Source: Polyangiales bacterium
GTDB taxonomy: Bacteria; Myxococcota_A; Polyangia; Polyangiales; Houyiibacteriaceae
DNA: 50,626 nt
Assembly: GCA_045106895.1 (NCBI GenBank)
Contig: JBGCFM010000129.1
Coordinates: forward strand, 1-50,626
Direction of reading: 5' to 3'
Both the position numbers and the translations under genes were made by a program. This document shows positions 1-8,692 of the stretch, piece by piece. Below the pieces are notes generated by a model. The model did not search any database. It was given only the letters and a program-made list of their open reading frames with translations, and was not told the origin of the DNA. Numbering within the stretch: the stretch's first letter is position 1; each line of letters opens with the position of its first letter.

Positions 1-2
1 CC

Positions 3-707
3 CTCCTGAGAGAAACGCGCCCAACGCCCGCGTGGCGTTTGTTGCTGGCTGGACTGGTGCCCTTTGCGCTCGGTCTGTTGCTGGTGGGAGCGACATTCGG
101 TGAAGAGCCGGATGAGACAGGTGGCTTAGGTTTGGACGCACAGGCTACGTCGGAGGGCGATGCGGAGCCGCAAGAGGCTGTGGAGACTATGGAGCCAGAG
201 CCGCAGGCGGAGCCGGAGACCGAAGCTGAGCCCTTAGAGCCTGAACTCGCAGTCCTTCCCGCCGATGTCGCGATGGGGACGCCAAGCACAGACGTGCCGG
301 CTGAAACACCGGTGGTCGAAGAGCCGGCTATCGAAGAGCCGGCTATCGAAGCGCCGGTTGTCGAAGCGCCCCGCCAGCCAAGCAATACGAGCTTCGTGCG
401 TGGGCGCCTTGCGTATCTGCGCTGTGGTTCGATGGCCGATGCGGACGAGCGGTGTCCTCGTGACCGCGATCTCGAGGTCAGCACCTGGGCAGCTCTGGAG
501 GGAGCCAACCACTGTGGCCTCGGTGCTGGAAGTGCGGACGTTCGCCTACATTTTTCAGGGGGAGCACCGGAGCTCCGCTTTCGAGACTATGGGGACCCGC
601 CTCTCGAACTTGGTGCTCTTCAGACGTGTCTTGCGCCTCACATTGCAGCGCTGCGATCGACGCTTCCGGAGAGCTTCGTTCTCTCGATGCGATTCACGCT
701 TCGTTAG
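3..707 (+). CDS. C-terminal part of a membrane-anchored protein (TM helix, Pro/Glu-rich linker, small Cys-containing C-terminal domain); truncated at left edge
   Basis: Frame of ORF 39..707 is open back to base 3. Hydrophobic LLLAGLVPFALGLLLVGA, then EPEPQAEPETEAEP/IEEPA linker, then a C-terminal domain with four Cys. Confidence 0.7.
   Translation, partial: LLRETRPTPAWRLLLAGLVPFALGLLLVGATFGEEPDETGGLGLDAQATSEGDAEPQEAVETMEPEPQAEPETEAEPLEPELAVLPADVAMGTPSTDVPAETPVVEEPAIEEPAIEAPVVEAPRQPSNTSFVRGRLAYLRCGSMADADERCPRDRDLEVSTWAALEGANHCGLGAGSADVRLHFSGGAPELRFRDYGDPPLELGALQTCLAPHIAALRSTLPESFVLSMRFTLR
316..370 (+). repeat. Coding 15-bp tandem repeat (TCGAAGAGCCGGCTA x2 plus degenerate copies)
   Basis: Units at 316, 331, 346 and 361 (partial) encode VEEPA-IEEPA-IEAPV-VEAP. 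Confidence 0.8.
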
Positions 708-727
708 CAGGACGGCTGAGCTCTCGC

Positions 728-784
728 TCTAGAACGCAGCTTGTCTAGAACGCAGCTTGTCGAGGCTTGGTCTAGAACGCAGCT
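728..784. repeat. Intergenic direct repeat TCTAGAACGCAGCT x3
   Basis: Exact 14-mer at 728-741, 744-757 and 771-784 between convergent stop codons. Confidence 0.9.
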
Positions 785-1048
785 CTAGCGAGCGGCTTCG
801 GCGACGTTTGCCTGATCCGATGAACGGATCTCAAGGCGGTAGCGGCTGTTGGCCGTCTGGACGTAGTACACGTCGCCTTCGGCCATCTTCAGCACACGCT
901 TTACGGGGGTCGTCACGTACTCGTGCAAGCCATCGGGAAACTCGATGACAACAACGGAGCCGGCGCGGGGTGGACGGAGGAGCCTGCCAACGACTGCACG
1001 TCCCGGCTTCTTCCCCATCTTCCTAAGTACGACCTCCACGACAATCAA
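785..1048 (-). CDS. Small beta-rich hypothetical protein
   Basis: 87-aa ORF with globular composition (EYVTTPVKRV...YYVQTANSRYRL); fits between neighbours without overlap. Confidence 0.7.
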   Translation of the reverse strand: MIVVEVVLRKMGKKPGRAVVGRLLRPPRAGSVVVIEFPDGLHEYVTTPVKRVLKMAEGDVYYVQTANSRYRLEIRSSDQANVAEAAR

Positions 1049-1115
1049 AATCTAGCACACAGGGACAGACGGGCAAAAGGAAGCTCGATCATTTTGAGCG
1101 ATAGGCGCCCGTCGA

Positions 1116-1143
1116 GCGTGTGTCCTACATGTGGGACACACGC
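1116..1143. other. 28-bp near-perfect palindrome (hairpin or operator)
   Basis: GCGTGTGTCCTACA/TGTGGGACACACGC, one mismatch (1126/1133). Confidence 0.6.
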
Positions 1144-1154
1144 CCTTTCCGGCC

Positions 1155-3044
1155 TCAGAGAAGCAGGATCTCTTCGAGATTCAGGCCTGCTGGATACGCA
1201 TAGCTAGTGAAAAGCCCGAGGCCATAAACGATCACGCCGAAGGTCCCGTCGCTTCTCATCGAGTGGGTTCCACCGTTCACGGGCACGATGGACCACTCAC
1301 GTTCGCCGACGGTCTCCCAGCTTCCCGTCGTCACGGCGCCGTCCAGGAAGATCTCCTGACCGGGGTTTCGGGTGATGAGCAAGAAGCTCTGACCCATGGT
1401 GCTGCTGTTGTAGCTGGTGGGGGTGACGAAGGTGTAGTCGCGTCGGAACTGCTCCTGCGGCGGAAGAACGACCATGGCAGGGTCACCACGTTCGGAGCCT
1501 TCATCCGTTCGGTACTGGCCGACGAGGAACTGGGTGACGAGGATACCGCGGCTGCTGGACACGCGGAACGCGCTCTGTGCCGAGAACTCCTGCACTTCGC
1601 CAATGCCGAGGGTGAACTCGCTGACGCCGTTTTGTGCCGGCGCGACGGTGACGGTGGTGCCCTCGAAGGCGCCGATGACACGAACGATATTAAGGGCAGC
1701 GTCACCGCTATCGCCCATCGGCGCGCTGACGAACTCCGTGCCCCAAGTCTGAAGCGGAGGCATCTGGTTTTCGAGGTGGTCGCAGGCCGGCGCGTCGTAA
1801 GGCACGTAGGCGCAGAGATGTCCGCCGAAGACGGCGACTGGGTTGTCCGCGGAGACGCGTGAGCCCGTGAGGTCGTACTCGGTCTCGTTGCAGAACGAGA
1901 TGTCGTTTCCAAGAATCGTTCGCGACGTGAAGCCCGGACGACCCGCGGTGCAGTCCGGCGCCGTTGCAGCAAAGATGGTAGCGACCTCACCGCGCGCAAG
2001 CTGGAAGCGGATCATGGTTCCGCGCGTGGCGGCGGGGAAGCGGCCGGCCGCGTCAGCGGCGATGTTCGCGGCTAGGCTGACCTGCACCGTCGTGGGCTCC
2101 GGGGTGGTGCCGACGATGGTGATGTTGCCAGGGGACTTGCTGTAGTTGTCTCCGAACGTGCCCGCTCGTGCTGCGGACAAAGGCACAAAGCTCGAGACGA
2201 TGTAGTCGCCGGTGAACGAGTGAGCCGGAAGGAGAAGCGACGCGTCGTTTGTGTACGAGTAGTCGGGCACGTCGGGACCGAAGGGGTCGAAGGGGTCCGG
2301 AATCGTGCGGCCGTTGTCGTACTCGAAGGGGTTGAACTGAGCGACGGTGACGGGGCGGTCGGAGACCAAACGGAACGCGCCGTTGGCGACGACAACGCTG
2401 CTCTCTCCGCTCGCATCGCTCTGACCGGTGACCCAAGGGAGAATGACGTCCTGAAGGCCACCCGCGGGGACCGTGATGGACGTCAGCATCGTTGTGCCGC
2501 GGAAGACGCGGACGTTCGCTGCGTCACCGTTAGGGTTGGCGACGACGGCGCGGAAGTCATAGCGACTCGGGAAGTCTGCGCTGTTCGGAAGTGGAGTGGG
2601 CCAGTACTCGCATCCGATGTTGGAGCGGGAGGACTCTGCAGCGCCACAGGCGTCCGCGCAGTAGCCGCCGGAGTTGCAGGTGCTTCCGTTCTCGGTGCAG
2701 TCGCGGGCCGTGACGAAGCCGGTTCCCTCGCTGTTGCAAACCATGCTGACATCACCGTTGCAGGTGCGGCTGCCGGCTGTGCAGGCGACGCAGCCGCCCG
2801 TTGGGTCACAGGCTGCGGGACAGTCCATGACCTCTTCCCGGGACATACCGTCGGCGCCACAACGGAAGAACTGAGTTCCAGCGCAGGACGTCTCGCCCGG
2901 CGTACAGCCGCTCGTAGGCACGTCAGGCGTAACCCGACCATCCTCAGATCCGACGTCGACGCCGCCAGAATCGCGTCCAACGCGACGGTCGTCGTCGCCG
3001 CACGCTGCGAGCAAGAACAAAGAGAGCACCACAAACCGAACCAT
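1155..3044 (-). CDS. Lipoprotein with Cys-rich N-terminal repeats and IgGFc-binding-protein-like domain
   Basis: Lipobox LAAC-GDDD, CTPGETSC/CTAGSRTC repeats, and motifs GCEYWP, YTNDASLLLP, CDHLENQMPP, GDPAM, SYAYPAG typical of myxobacterial IgGFc-binding proteins. ATG at 3044 preferred. Confidence 0.8.
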   Translation of the reverse strand: MVRFVVLSLFLLAACGDDDRRVGRDSGGVDVGSEDGRVTPDVPTSGCTPGETSCAGTQFFRCGADGMSREEVMDCPAACDPTGGCVACTAGSRTCNGDVSMVCNSEGTGFVTARDCTENGSTCNSGGYCADACGAAESSRSNIGCEYWPTPLPNSADFPSRYDFRAVVANPNGDAANVRVFRGTTMLTSITVPAGGLQDVILPWVTGQSDASGESSVVVANGAFRLVSDRPVTVAQFNPFEYDNGRTIPDPFDPFGPDVPDYSYTNDASLLLPAHSFTGDYIVSSFVPLSAARAGTFGDNYSKSPGNITIVGTTPEPTTVQVSLAANIAADAAGRFPAATRGTMIRFQLARGEVATIFAATAPDCTAGRPGFTSRTILGNDISFCNETEYDLTGSRVSADNPVAVFGGHLCAYVPYDAPACDHLENQMPPLQTWGTEFVSAPMGDSGDAALNIVRVIGAFEGTTVTVAPAQNGVSEFTLGIGEVQEFSAQSAFRVSSSRGILVTQFLVGQYRTDEGSERGDPAMVVLPPQEQFRRDYTFVTPTSYNSSTMGQSFLLITRNPGQEIFLDGAVTTGSWETVGEREWSIVPVNGGTHSMRSDGTFGVIVYGLGLFTSYAYPAGLNLEEILLL

Positions 3045-3181
3045 AAGAACCTCCACCCAGGGCTAAGCCTAAGGGTTTCGGTGTAATGGAGGTCGCTGCC
3101 TAAGACAACCTCGCGCGTGATCTAGCGCATCGGAAGGCGATTCGAGTCGTTCACGTGTCGCTTGGGCAGCACGGAGCGACG

Positions 3182-4684
3182 CTACTCGGCTGCGGCCGCC
3201 TCTTCTGCCGGTGGCCGGTATCGGAGGATGGGCTTTCGCGCCGCGCGTACCTCGTCGAGGCGTCGGAGTCGCGTGAGATGCGGCGCTCCCTTGACCAGTT
3301 CCGGCTTCTCCATCGCCTCTTCGCTGATCTTCGCCATCGCCTCGACGAACTCGTCCAAGGTTCCGAGTGTCTCGGTCTCCGTGGGCTCGATGAGCATGGC
3401 GTTCTTGACGACGAGGGGGAAGTAGACCGTCGGTGGGTGGAAGCCGAAGTCCATGAGCCGCTTGGCCACGTCCATCGTGGTCACGCCGTGCTCGCGGAGA
3501 TGCTTGTCGTTGATGATGACCTCATGCATGCAGATGCGGTCGTAGGCGACGTTCCAGACCTCGCCGAGGCGCACGCGGAGGTAGTTGGCGTTGAGGACGG
3601 CGAGCTCCGTGGCCTTCTTGAGGCCCTCGGCGCCCATCTCTCGAAGGTACGCGTAGGCGCGGACCATCATGCCGAAGTTGCCGTGGAAGGAACGCAGTCG
3701 ACCGATGGTCTCTGGGCGGCTGCCGTAGTCGAGGCGGAACTTGCCAGCTTCGTCTTTTTCAACGACGGGGATCGGCGCGTAGGGATCGAGGTGCTTTTTG
3801 TAGCCGACGGGGCCGCAGCCTGGTCCGCCGCCGCCGTGGGGCGTGGTGAACGTCTTGTGCAGGTTGAACTGCATGACATCGATGCCGAGGTCGCCGGGGC
3901 GCGCGCGGCCCATCAGCGCGTTGAGGTTGGCGCCGTCTCCGTAGACTTGGCCGCCCTTGGAGTGGACGAGGTCCGCGATGGCTTGAATCTCACCTTCGAA
4001 AAGCCCGACGGTGTTCGGGTTGGTGATCATCACGGCGGCGACGTCGTCGTCGACGAAGGGCCGGATCTTCTCCAGCGTGAGCACGCCATCGGCGCCCGCG
4101 GGGAACGGCACGGCGGTCAGCCCATTGAGGGCGCACGAGGCCGGGTTGGTGCCGTGAGCGGTGTCGGGGATGAGAACCTTCGTGGGGTGACGACCGTTCG
4201 CTGCGTGGTGCGCCCGGATCATCATCAGGCCGCAGACTTCGCCTTGGGCACCAGCGGCAGGGTGAAGAGAGACGCGGTCCATTCCGCAGACCTCCGCGAG
4301 GCCCTGCTCGAGACGATACATGAGTTCGAGGGCGCCCTGAATCTGCGAGTCCGGCGCCATGGGGTGCAGGTTGGCGAAGCCGGGAATGCGCGCAGCCCAC
4401 TCGTTGACCTTCGGGTTGTATTTCATGGTGCACGAACCGAGCGGATACATGCCCAGGTCGATGGCGAAGTTCTGCTGCGAGAGTCGAACGTAGTGACGGA
4501 ACACTTCCGGCTCGGAGACCTCCGGCAACTCAGCTGGGACATTCCGGTAGGCGTCGCCGAAGAGGGCTTCCGCGTCAATGGCGGGGACGTCACTCTCGGC
4601 GAGTGAAGCGCCGTGGCGGCCAGGGACACCCTGCTCGAAAAGGAGTGGGACCGTCAGTTCGATGCCGTGGCGCGGGAGGTTCAT
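3182..4684 (-). CDS. gcvPB: Glycine dehydrogenase (decarboxylating) subunit 2
   Basis: YPLGSCTMKYNP, AHGTNPAS, YGDGANLNA, NLHKTFTTPHGGGGPG (PLP Lys), IEPTETE; about 500 aa. ATG at 4684. Confidence 0.95.
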   Translation of the reverse strand: MNLPRHGIELTVPLLFEQGVPGRHGASLAESDVPAIDAEALFGDAYRNVPAELPEVSEPEVFRHYVRLSQQNFAIDLGMYPLGSCTMKYNPKVNEWAARIPGFANLHPMAPDSQIQGALELMYRLEQGLAEVCGMDRVSLHPAAGAQGEVCGLMMIRAHHAANGRHPTKVLIPDTAHGTNPASCALNGLTAVPFPAGADGVLTLEKIRPFVDDDVAAVMITNPNTVGLFEGEIQAIADLVHSKGGQVYGDGANLNALMGRARPGDLGIDVMQFNLHKTFTTPHGGGGPGCGPVGYKKHLDPYAPIPVVEKDEAGKFRLDYGSRPETIGRLRSFHGNFGMMVRAYAYLREMGAEGLKKATELAVLNANYLRVRLGEVWNVAYDRICMHEVIINDKHLREHGVTTMDVAKRLMDFGFHPPTVYFPLVVKNAMLIEPTETETLGTLDEFVEAMAKISEEAMEKPELVKGAPHLTRLRRLDEVRAARKPILRYRPPAEEAAAAE

Positions 4685-5129
4685 GGACCGGGTTCTATGG
4701 CCGCTTTGATGAAAGTTCAAAGCGTTTTGAGCCCGGAGGAGAGGGGAGGGTGAGGAAACTACCGCCGCCTGGAAGTTGGGTTCCGACGAGAGGCGGGTTT
4801 TTAGAGGAAATCCAGATGTAGCTCACCATCCCGAAGCTGTAATGCAGACCAACTTCTCGAGCTCTGACCGCCAGATCGGCCATAACGGACGCCGGCGTCC
4901 GCCTCGATGCTGAACTGACGATGCAGTCGTACCTGGGCATCTATCGTCGGCCGCACGTTTCATCCCGCCAAATTCCGTCGAAAATCTCTCCCACCCAGAA
5001 GAGCGCCGCCGAAGCGAAGGTAAAGGGCTCGCGGCTGGTGACGCGAAGTTGACACGAAGTCGGCGACGTTTCGGCGGACGTGTTCAACCCCCAATGACGA
5101 GGAAATCAGCGTCGCACGAAAGCCCAGGA

Positions 5130-5651
5130 TTACCGACGCATCGACGAGCGCGCCGCCGTCGTAACGTACGCGCCGCGAGGCCAATGGCGGTAGTAGGTCG
5201 CCTCAAGGATCGGTCCGCCGCGTTCATCGAACTCTTGCGTAGGTCGACCGACGATTCGGAGCAGCGAGTTGTTCCAAACGCGGTCCTCGCCGCGGGCATC
5301 CTCGGGGCGTAGCTGAACACGCGCGGTGAAAGGTCCGCCAGCGCGCGCGCTGACCGTGACGCGGCAAGAATCGTCGGTGGCATCGGCGCAGATGTTGCGA
5401 GGAGCGAGGGTTCGGTAGGTCATTTCGACGACGCCGGAGTCGTCGATGCTCGTGACGATCCCGAACCAAGAAATCTCGGTTTCGGCGTAGCCGTTGGGGT
5501 CTCGGCGCACGTCTTCGTAGCCAACTTCGGTCACGTTCTCGAGCGCCGCTTCTTCGTCGTTCGTCTGAACGTACTGGGGGCTGAAGCCGAAGGGGCCACC
5601 TCCGGCGCAGGCGGAGAGGAGAAGAACCAAGAGGAGCGGAAGACGCTGCAT
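5130..5651 (-). CDS. Lipoprotein, Slp-like OB-fold outer-membrane lipoprotein
   Basis: Lipobox LSAC; ISWFGIV...LLRIVG...PILEATYYRHW parallels the Slp pattern (WGGxI...VTVVG...P...LW). Confidence 0.6.
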   Translation of the reverse strand: MQRLPLLLVLLLSACAGGGPFGFSPQYVQTNDEEAALENVTEVGYEDVRRDPNGYAETEISWFGIVTSIDDSGVVEMTYRTLAPRNICADATDDSCRVTVSARAGGPFTARVQLRPEDARGEDRVWNNSLLRIVGRPTQEFDERGGPILEATYYRHWPRGAYVTTAARSSMRR

Positions 5652-5722
5652 GCCCGCGGTTGTACTGCAGATACGCGCTGCGATCTAGGGTCTGCTGAGA
5701 GAGCCGTCGAAAGCGTGCCGCG

Positions 5723-6640
5723 TCAGTCGAAGGCGCGGCTGAGGGAGTCGATTTGGTCGCGGGTAAACTCCGGCGCGAAGAGGTGCGGAAGTCGAACCTT
5801 CGGCATCTCAAGGGACTCGAGGCGCTTGAGACTCGTCGTCTGAACAGCCTCGCGTTGGGCGCGGATGCGACCTGCGTCGAGGAGCGTGGCGATGACGTCG
5901 TCTTTGGCGACCTCGTCGGCGAGCTTCAGAATCTGAGCGGAGGTCTCGGCGTTGAAGAGCTTGGGAAGTACCTGGTTGATAACGAGGCCGGCGCTGGACA
6001 TGCCGAGCTCTCGGATCGCCGCTTCGAGCTCGATGGTCTCGTTCGTCGGCATATCCTCGGCGAGTGTGACCAGGAGCGCGCCGGCGCGTTTCTCGTCGCG
6101 AAAGAGCTCGAGGGCGCGCTCCGCTTCGCGTCGAAGAAGCCCAGGTGGCGCCACGTCGACGATGGCTTGGGGGACGCGGAGCATATCGAGGCCGTGGCCC
6201 GTCGCTGGTGCGTCGAGGAGGACGAGGTCGTACTCGCCGGCGGAACCAGGGCCGTGTCCGCTCGCGTGAAAGTAAGCTTTGCCCAGCATGGTCCAGGCTT
6301 CGATGCCGGGGGTTCCTCGAAGAAACGCGCGGACCAGTTTGTTCTCGAAGATGGCGCTGTAGAGCGCACGTACCTTCAGGATCATCATGCCGTATTCTTC
6401 GAGGCTTGCTTGGGGCGTCATGTTGACGGCGTCGACGCCCGGCGCGACCTCACGAATGTTGTGGTCGATGGGCGGTACACCCAAGAGGCCGCTCAGGCGC
6501 TCTTTGGTGTTGACCATGGCAATGAGGACCTTCTTGCCCTTGCGCGCAGCGGCCAAACCAAGAGCCGCAGCAACGGTCGTCTTCCCGACACCGCCTTTGC
6601 CGACGACGAAGAGAAAGCGTTTGTCACTTAGCGCGTTCAA
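5723..6640 (-). CDS. ArsA/Get3-family ATPase (single domain)
   Basis: Deviant Walker A GKGGVGKTT, switch II DAPATGH, PGIEA, VINQV. Confidence 0.9.
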   Translation of the reverse strand: MNALSDKRFLFVVGKGGVGKTTVAAALGLAAARKGKKVLIAMVNTKERLSGLLGVPPIDHNIREVAPGVDAVNMTPQASLEEYGMMILKVRALYSAIFENKLVRAFLRGTPGIEAWTMLGKAYFHASGHGPGSAGEYDLVLLDAPATGHGLDMLRVPQAIVDVAPPGLLRREAERALELFRDEKRAGALLVTLAEDMPTNETIELEAAIRELGMSSAGLVINQVLPKLFNAETSAQILKLADEVAKDDVIATLLDAGRIRAQREAVQTTSLKRLESLEMPKVRLPHLFAPEFTRDQIDSLSRAFD

Positions 6641-6676
6641 AATGATTCCTGCATGGGCCTCATAGGAGTGGCAGAA

Positions 6677-7819
6677 CTACTCCCCAGGCCCCTTCGCCGC
6701 AAGCGCTTGCAGTGGCGAGTGCGTCAGTACCGCTGATTCTCCAACGCGTTGACCGTCTCCTTTGGCCTCCAGACCCTCGGCTCGCACGATGCTGCCGCGC
6801 TCAAGCACGTCGAAAGCCTCGTTTGCAGGCGAACGCTTACGGTCCAGGCGGACCCACTTCGAGCGAACCCCATCGCCACAGACGAAGAGCTGCTTTTTTC
6901 CTTTGGAGACCATGACCTGGCTGACGACGCGCTCATCCGTCGGGTGGAGAGCACCCACGAGGGTCTCGCCGTCCTTCCGCAGCGTGAGGTAGGCAAAGGT
7001 GATCCGTTCGAAACGAAGGCCAGCGGCACGGGCCACGGGGATGAGCGGATCGGGCAAACGAAATCCCCGATCCTCGTGGCACCAGTCCCGCTCGCCTTCA
7101 AGCATGGGGCACTCTTTGGCGTGCAAGCATGGAGCGAAGACGGTCCAGCCGGAGGCGATCCAGTCTTGGCGAAGCCGATGCAGCTCGCGTGTAACCTCGC
7201 GAAGGGCGGGCTCGATGATGATGAGGCTGCCCTCGGGTGCGAGACGTGCCCTCAACGAGTCCACGAGCGTGCGTCGCTTCTCAACGGAAAGTTCGTTGAG
7301 GAAGAGCCCCAATACGATAAAGTCGAAGGGCTCTTCGCTGTTCAGCTTCGTTCCCGCAGCGATTCGCACGACGTCGCCGACTTGGCCGCGCTGTTTGATT
7401 CCCACCTCACGGCAAAGCGCCGCCATTCCTTTGAGCGCCAAGGCGTCGGCGTCGATGGCGAGCACATCAATGCTCGCGCCGGCGGCCTCTGCGAAAGGAG
7501 CGAGTCCGAGTGTGGTGGTGCCGAGACCGGCGCCGAGGTCGAGGACGTGCCAGGTGTCGCCCTTCGGAAGCGCGTCGGCAAACGCCAGCTCCTGCATCGG
7601 AGCTTCCATCTTCTGGACGTCGCGCGTCAGAAAGAAACGAAGGCGCGCCGTGAGAACATCGCGACCTCGGGCCTTTTCGAGCTGATCACGGTCTCGGGTG
7701 TAGAGGCGGCTGACCTCGCCAATAAGCTCGGGGAGCGCTTTTGAAGGCGGCCCGAGGACGTCATCGGCCACATCATTGGCGAGCTTGCTCCAGGCGCTTG
7801 GGGTGGTGGGGAGGTGCAT
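6677..7819 (-). CDS. Rsm22/METTL17-like SAM-dependent methyltransferase
   Basis: VLDLGAGLG, LIIIEPA, APCLHAKECP...DWCHE...FAYL...VC. ATG at 7819. Confidence 0.8.
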   Translation of the reverse strand: MHLPTTPSAWSKLANDVADDVLGPPSKALPELIGEVSRLYTRDRDQLEKARGRDVLTARLRFFLTRDVQKMEAPMQELAFADALPKGDTWHVLDLGAGLGTTTLGLAPFAEAAGASIDVLAIDADALALKGMAALCREVGIKQRGQVGDVVRIAAGTKLNSEEPFDFIVLGLFLNELSVEKRRTLVDSLRARLAPEGSLIIIEPALREVTRELHRLRQDWIASGWTVFAPCLHAKECPMLEGERDWCHEDRGFRLPDPLIPVARAAGLRFERITFAYLTLRKDGETLVGALHPTDERVVSQVMVSKGKKQLFVCGDGVRSKWVRLDRKRSPANEAFDVLERGSIVRAEGLEAKGDGQRVGESAVLTHSPLQALAAKGPGE

Positions 7820-7887
7820 GGGGGGCGGACAGTAGCAGGCTACTGAAAAACTCCGAACGCCTGCTGACTTCGGATACATAGCCACTC

Positions 7888-8643
7888 ATGGAAATCGCGT
7901 TCTCCGTCATTGTGCTCTTGGTTGTTGGCGCCGTCGGTTACTTCATCTCCAAAAATTCGACCGGCGCCGCTCAGGCGATGATGGGCGGGGCCGCTGCGAT
8001 CGATGACACGAACCGTCTTCTCTTCGAGGCGACGGGGTATGTCCACGCTGCCTGTCAGGGCCAGCCGATGGAGGCGCAGCTCCACTACTCTCGGGAGCGC
8101 TCCAAGGACCCGATGGCTGGCGTCCATCTCATCCGCGACGCCCAGGGTCTGACTCTTCACTTCAAGACCTCGGTGACGATGGCGGGGATGGGCATCGTCT
8201 ATTCCGCGCAGTGGTTTGGCGAGTGCCGTCCGTCTTTCGGGCTGCATCTCATCGACGCGAAGCTCCTCGGCGCGGAAGGGCGCAAGGCGGCCCGAGCGCA
8301 AGGCTATGAGCGAGACATTCGGCCGGCCTACGAAGGCGAGGTGGCCATTCCGAATCCAATGCTCGGCGCGCGCTTCAAGTTGTTCACGACGGATCCTGCG
8401 CGGGCACTTGCTTGGCTCGAGCAAACGGACGTGCAGCAGCGCTTGGCGGCGCTCCATTCCGTGGACCTGCTGGTGGAGGCGGAACGCATCACCCTCAACG
8501 ACCCGATGATGGACAACCTTCGTGCGGGAGGGAGCACGGCGCAGATGTTGGCGCAAACGCCACAGCAGCGAGGCGAGTACATGGTGACGGTTCACCAGAA
8601 TGTCGCGGGCCTGCTTCACAGCGCCGCTGGCGCGACGGCCTAG
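7888..8643 (+). CDS. N-terminally anchored hypothetical protein
   Basis: 251-aa ORF with a single N-terminal TM helix. Confidence 0.7.
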   Translation: MEIAFSVIVLLVVGAVGYFISKNSTGAAQAMMGGAAAIDDTNRLLFEATGYVHAACQGQPMEAQLHYSRERSKDPMAGVHLIRDAQGLTLHFKTSVTMAGMGIVYSAQWFGECRPSFGLHLIDAKLLGAEGRKAARAQGYERDIRPAYEGEVAIPNPMLGARFKLFTTDPARALAWLEQTDVQQRLAALHSVDLLVEAERITLNDPMMDNLRAGGSTAQMLAQTPQQRGEYMVTVHQNVAGLLHSAAGATA

Positions 8644-8692
8644 GTTATTCGCGCGGAATAGGTGAGCGCTTGGTTCCCGTTCGTGGCGGGCG

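Noticed and set aside
728..784. CRISPR array
   Set aside because: Repeat only 14 bp, spacers 2 and 13 bp, no cas genes.
3155..4606. 483-aa plus-strand ORF
   Set aside because: Antisense shadow of gcvPB; typical of high-GC3 genes, no motifs.
4685..4960. Glycine riboswitch upstream of gcvPB
   Set aside because: No GGAGA/CCGAAG/CUCUCAGG aptamer elements seen on the minus strand.
4960..4962. Selenocysteine read-through at the in-frame TGA
   Set aside because: No redox-motif context and no recognisable SECIS hairpin.
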